A DNA stretch of 64,000 bases from a virus (taxonomy: Duplodnaviria > Caudoviricetes), in IMG/VR virus record IMGVR_UViG_3300029288_007102, positions 96,001 through 160,000 of that record; one strand, written 5' to 3'. The translations under genes were made by a program, and so were the position numbers. The number at the start of each line of letters is the position of its first letter. Positions within the stretch are counted from its first letter, which is position 1. This document shows positions 60,988-64,000 of this stretch, one piece after another. The notes under the pieces were generated by a model. That model was not told the DNA's origin, ran no database searches, and saw only the letters and a list, made by a program, of their open reading frames with translations.

Positions 60988-62301
60988 ATGTTTAGTCTAG
61001 CGACAACGGTGTTGGGTGTAGTTGCGGGTTTGTTTCTTGTTGGGGTTCTATTGGTAATTTTGGGTTTGAGGTTTATAATTGTTCCTGCCAACGAGTGCCA
61101 TGTGAGAATAATGTTTAACAGTATCTCTTATTTTTCTAAAAGGGAAGGGAAGTCTTCTTATTGGAAAATCCCTATTATTACTAAAGTACATAGATTACCC
61201 CTTTCTAACTTAGCTGTTCCGGTTAATGACATTAAGCTTAATGATAAGAATATGGCTAAGTTTGTTTGTGATGTTGTTTGTTTTATTACAATCAAAGATC
61301 TTCCTTTGGCGGTTGAGAGGTTGATGTTGACGACTGCCCAGGAAGAACTGGGGTTTGACTTTTCTAAATTGGCGGAGGATTTCCGGGCGATCATTGAAAG
61401 TGTTGGTAGGACTACTGTTACCAAGAGTAGTATCTTAGAGATCTATATGAACAGACAGATTTTGGATGATGCTATAACCAAAGAAGTGCAATCGGTATTC
61501 CCGAAATGGGGCGTAGAGTTGATAGATCTTGAATTAAAGGATTTGAAAGATGCCCAGGAGAGTACTATTATCCAAGACATTGAACGGAAGGTTGCTTCTG
61601 AAATTCGGAGAGATGCGGAGATAATGGTCGCTACTACGAATAGGGAGGCTGAAGTTGCCAAGGCTGAGGCTGAGGAGACCTACCGGAAAAGACAGATAGA
61701 AAAAGATAAGCAGATAGGTATTTCTGAACAGAAAAAGAAACAGGAGATTGCAGACGAAGAAGCTACGGCTAATATGAAAACGATAGAGGCCATAAGAAAG
61801 ATGGAGGTTGGTGGAGCGGAAATCGCTAAACAGATCGTGGAGCAGCAGGCTCAAGCGGAAAAGATAAGAGCCGTAACGGTTGCAGAAGGCGAAGCAAACT
61901 CTGTTAAAATCAGAGCTGATGCTGAGAAGGCGAGACTTACCGCTCAAGGTGAAGGTGAAGGAAAAGCCAACAATGCCAGGCTGACTGGTGAAGCGGAAGG
62001 TCTTTCTAGGAAGGCTGACGCCTTAAAGAAATATGAAGAGGCGGCGAAGTTGTCTCTACTGCTTGATACTTTAAAACCTATTGCCGAGAATTTCGCCAGA
62101 GCGGCGGAAAAGATAAAGATTGACCAGGTTGTAGTCGTTGATGGTGGTGGTGCGGATAGTTCTTTGAAGAGGACTATGACGGCTATCCCCGGAGCAGCAG
62201 CGGAACTTTTTAATACTTTAAAAGTGGCGACTGGGATTGATCTTAAGGCTTTGATTGAGGGAGCCTTGACGAAGCAGACAAAGACGGAAATACCTAAGTA
62301 G
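60988..62301 (+). CDS. Flotillin/SPFH-domain membrane protein
   Basis: N-terminal TM, SPFH core, AEA-rich coiled coil. Confidence 0.85.
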   Translation: MFSLATTVLGVVAGLFLVGVLLVILGLRFIIVPANECHVRIMFNSISYFSKREGKSSYWKIPIITKVHRLPLSNLAVPVNDIKLNDKNMAKFVCDVVCFITIKDLPLAVERLMLTTAQEELGFDFSKLAEDFRAIIESVGRTTVTKSSILEIYMNRQILDDAITKEVQSVFPKWGVELIDLELKDLKDAQESTIIQDIERKVASEIRRDAEIMVATTNREAEVAKAEAEETYRKRQIEKDKQIGISEQKKKQEIADEEATANMKTIEAIRKMEVGGAEIAKQIVEQQAQAEKIRAVTVAEGEANSVKIRADAEKARLTAQGEGEGKANNARLTGEAEGLSRKADALKKYEEAAKLSLLLDTLKPIAENFARAAEKIKIDQVVVVDGGGADSSLKRTMTAIPGAAAELFNTLKVATGIDLKALIEGALTKQTKTEIPK

Positions 62302-62315
62302 ATGGGGGAGAATAG

Positions 62316-62654
62316 ATGAATGGATTCCTAGCTTTGATCTTTGGACATTTCATCGCCGACTGGGCGTTGCAGAACGACTTTGTGGCACAAAATAAAGGTA
62401 AGGTTTGGTTTGTTATGTTTGCTCATTGTATGATCTGGACTGGCGTTATTTGTTTCCTCTTATCTTATATGGAAGTCTTTGCCTGGTGGAAGTTTTGGTT
62501 TCTGCTCATAGGCCACTGGTTTGTGGACAAACATAAGACAAGTAATCTGCGGCCTGAGGATTCTGGGGTAGATGCTTACGATTGGAATATGCGATTGTTG
62601 TATGGGGACCAGGCGTGGCACATCTTGCAGGTGATTGTTGTAGGATTGTTATAA
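62316..62654 (+). CDS. DUF3307-family membrane protein
   Basis: GHFIADW.LQ, H..I, HWFVD, DQAWH. Confidence 0.8.
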   Translation: MNGFLALIFGHFIADWALQNDFVAQNKGKVWFVMFAHCMIWTGVICFLLSYMEVFAWWKFWFLLIGHWFVDKHKTSNLRPEDSGVDAYDWNMRLLYGDQAWHILQVIVVGLL

Positions 62655-63087
62655 GGGTGGGGGAATGAAGACGATCTATAAAAAATATAAAATCCCTTTT
62701 GTGTTTTATGGAGAGGTTGTGATAGAGGCTGAAGGGAACTCTGATGCAGAAGATTATGCGTGTGGCATAATTATGAATGCTTTTGCCCGAGCTAAAGGAT
62801 CTGTAGATCTAATGGCGATTACTCTGAATAGTTATAAGAGTGAAGAGGCGGTAGAATTAAAAGAAGAGGATATAAAAGGGAGTGAGAATGAAAAATAATT
62901 GTTTCCAATGTGAGTTCAAAGAAAGTATCCCAGGAGATTGTCATATTAGCTGTAAGAATCCGGATCCTAATATGAGGGGGAATTTGCACGGAGTGAGGAA
63001 TGGTTGGTTTATGTATCCCTGGAATTTCGACCCGGTGTGGGCAGAAGTTAAGTGTAAAAATTATAAAAAAGTAAAGGGAGGGAAGTA

Positions 63088-63801
63088 ATGTCTTTTAAGA
63101 CTATTCCGTTACTGAGAGGGTTCTCGGAGATAGAAAGATTGTACGGAGAGATCACGGCAAGAAAATCTATTATCTGTGGTGGGTATGCCAGGTATTGTGC
63201 TTCCCCTGCGGAAAATCCTGAGAGGCCGGGGGATGTGGATGTTTTTCCTTTAGAGGAAACTGCCTTTCAAGAGGTCAAGGCATTCCTCTTAGTCGAGGGG
63301 TTTGAAGTTAGGCACGAGAATGAAATCTCTCTTACCTTTAAGAAACACAAGGATCCAAAGTGGGTAGCTTGCCCAACCATCCAATTGATCAAGCCTATGG
63401 TTGAAGGCAAGGTCGTAACCTTGGGTGATATGGAAAAGATCCTGGAGAACTTTGACTTTACAGTTGTCCGGGCGGGGATTGTTTCTCCTAAAGAGGTTCT
63501 GGTGGATGAGGACTTTGAACAGGATGAGAAGAGGAGAGTTCTTGTCTTTAAGAATATACATTGCCCGATCAGTTCAACCTTCCGGGTGATTAAGTATACC
63601 CAGAGAGGTTATTGGATCCGCCCGCTTGAAGTATTGAAGCTGTTCTTGGATTGGGAGAGCCGGGGTATTGAGTACCGTCGGGAAATAATAGAGTTGTTTA
63701 AGAAGTCGGAGAGTTTTGACTCTACTAAGCCTGAGGGCGAACAGGGTGGGCTTACCAAAGAAGAGATCCAGGATCTGGAAAAGTTGATGAGGATAGATTG
63801 A
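63088..63801 (+). CDS. Nucleotidyltransferase-like protein
   Basis: ICGGYAR, GDVDVF, IQLI, FDFTV, R..KY..RGY. Confidence 0.65.
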   Translation: MSFKTIPLLRGFSEIERLYGEITARKSIICGGYARYCASPAENPERPGDVDVFPLEETAFQEVKAFLLVEGFEVRHENEISLTFKKHKDPKWVACPTIQLIKPMVEGKVVTLGDMEKILENFDFTVVRAGIVSPKEVLVDEDFEQDEKRRVLVFKNIHCPISSTFRVIKYTQRGYWIRPLEVLKLFLDWESRGIEYRREIIELFKKSESFDSTKPEGEQGGLTKEEIQDLEKLMRID

Positions 63802-64000
63802 TGAAGAATAAAAGAGTGTCCAAATTATTCACCCAGAAAGAGATGGCTTGTATCTATGCGGGGTTGATCCAGTCAGCAGAGACGGGTTTTAGGGATACTT
63901 TTGATTTTGAGCGGTTGAATGATTTAATTAAAAAGAATTGGTCGTTTAAAGAATTGATGATAATAAAGAGGGAGGCTTGGGGGATAAGAAGTAAGTTGAT

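Overview
A 64-kb segment of a large dsDNA bacteriophage genome. Nearly all genes are on the + strand, densely packed, in standard code 11, with Shine-Dalgarno sites and sigma70-type promoters. Layout: (i) lysis genes at the left edge. (ii) About 27 kb of small accessory genes carrying a tRNA/RNA-repair and metabolic toolkit: Rnl2-type ligase, truncated RtcB, CCA-adding enzyme, SpoU methylase, Thg1, PncA+PncB, a TyrA-like protein, a radical SAM enzyme and a PIF1 helicase. (iii) A replication/recombination module at 28-48 kb: SF2 helicase, putative origin, DnaB, frameshifted primase, DNA MTase, DnaE-UDG fusion, UvsY, gp32-like SSB, RecA, FEN, SbcCD, RuvC and NusG-like genes. (iv) An RNA-rich accessory region at 49.7-59.4 kb. 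Two RNA-array + protein loci stand out. (1) At 57.9-58.9 kb, four AT-separated arrays of strictly phased GGY-NN pentamers sit directly upstream of a stand-alone 175-aa RAMP/Cas7-like gene, a candidate RNA-guided system whose information lies in the variable NN dinucleotides. (2) At 49.8-52.1 kb, a promoter-driven array of five covarying hairpin RNAs precedes a TROVE-like/TerD gene, followed by a structured RNA and an RNA ligase. Several non-canonical tRNA-like RNAs also occur, including two members of what appears to be one pseudoknotted tRNA-like family (19.3 kb and 53.9 kb). All protein calls come from motif recognition by eye and all RNA structures from manual base-pairing; no searches were run.
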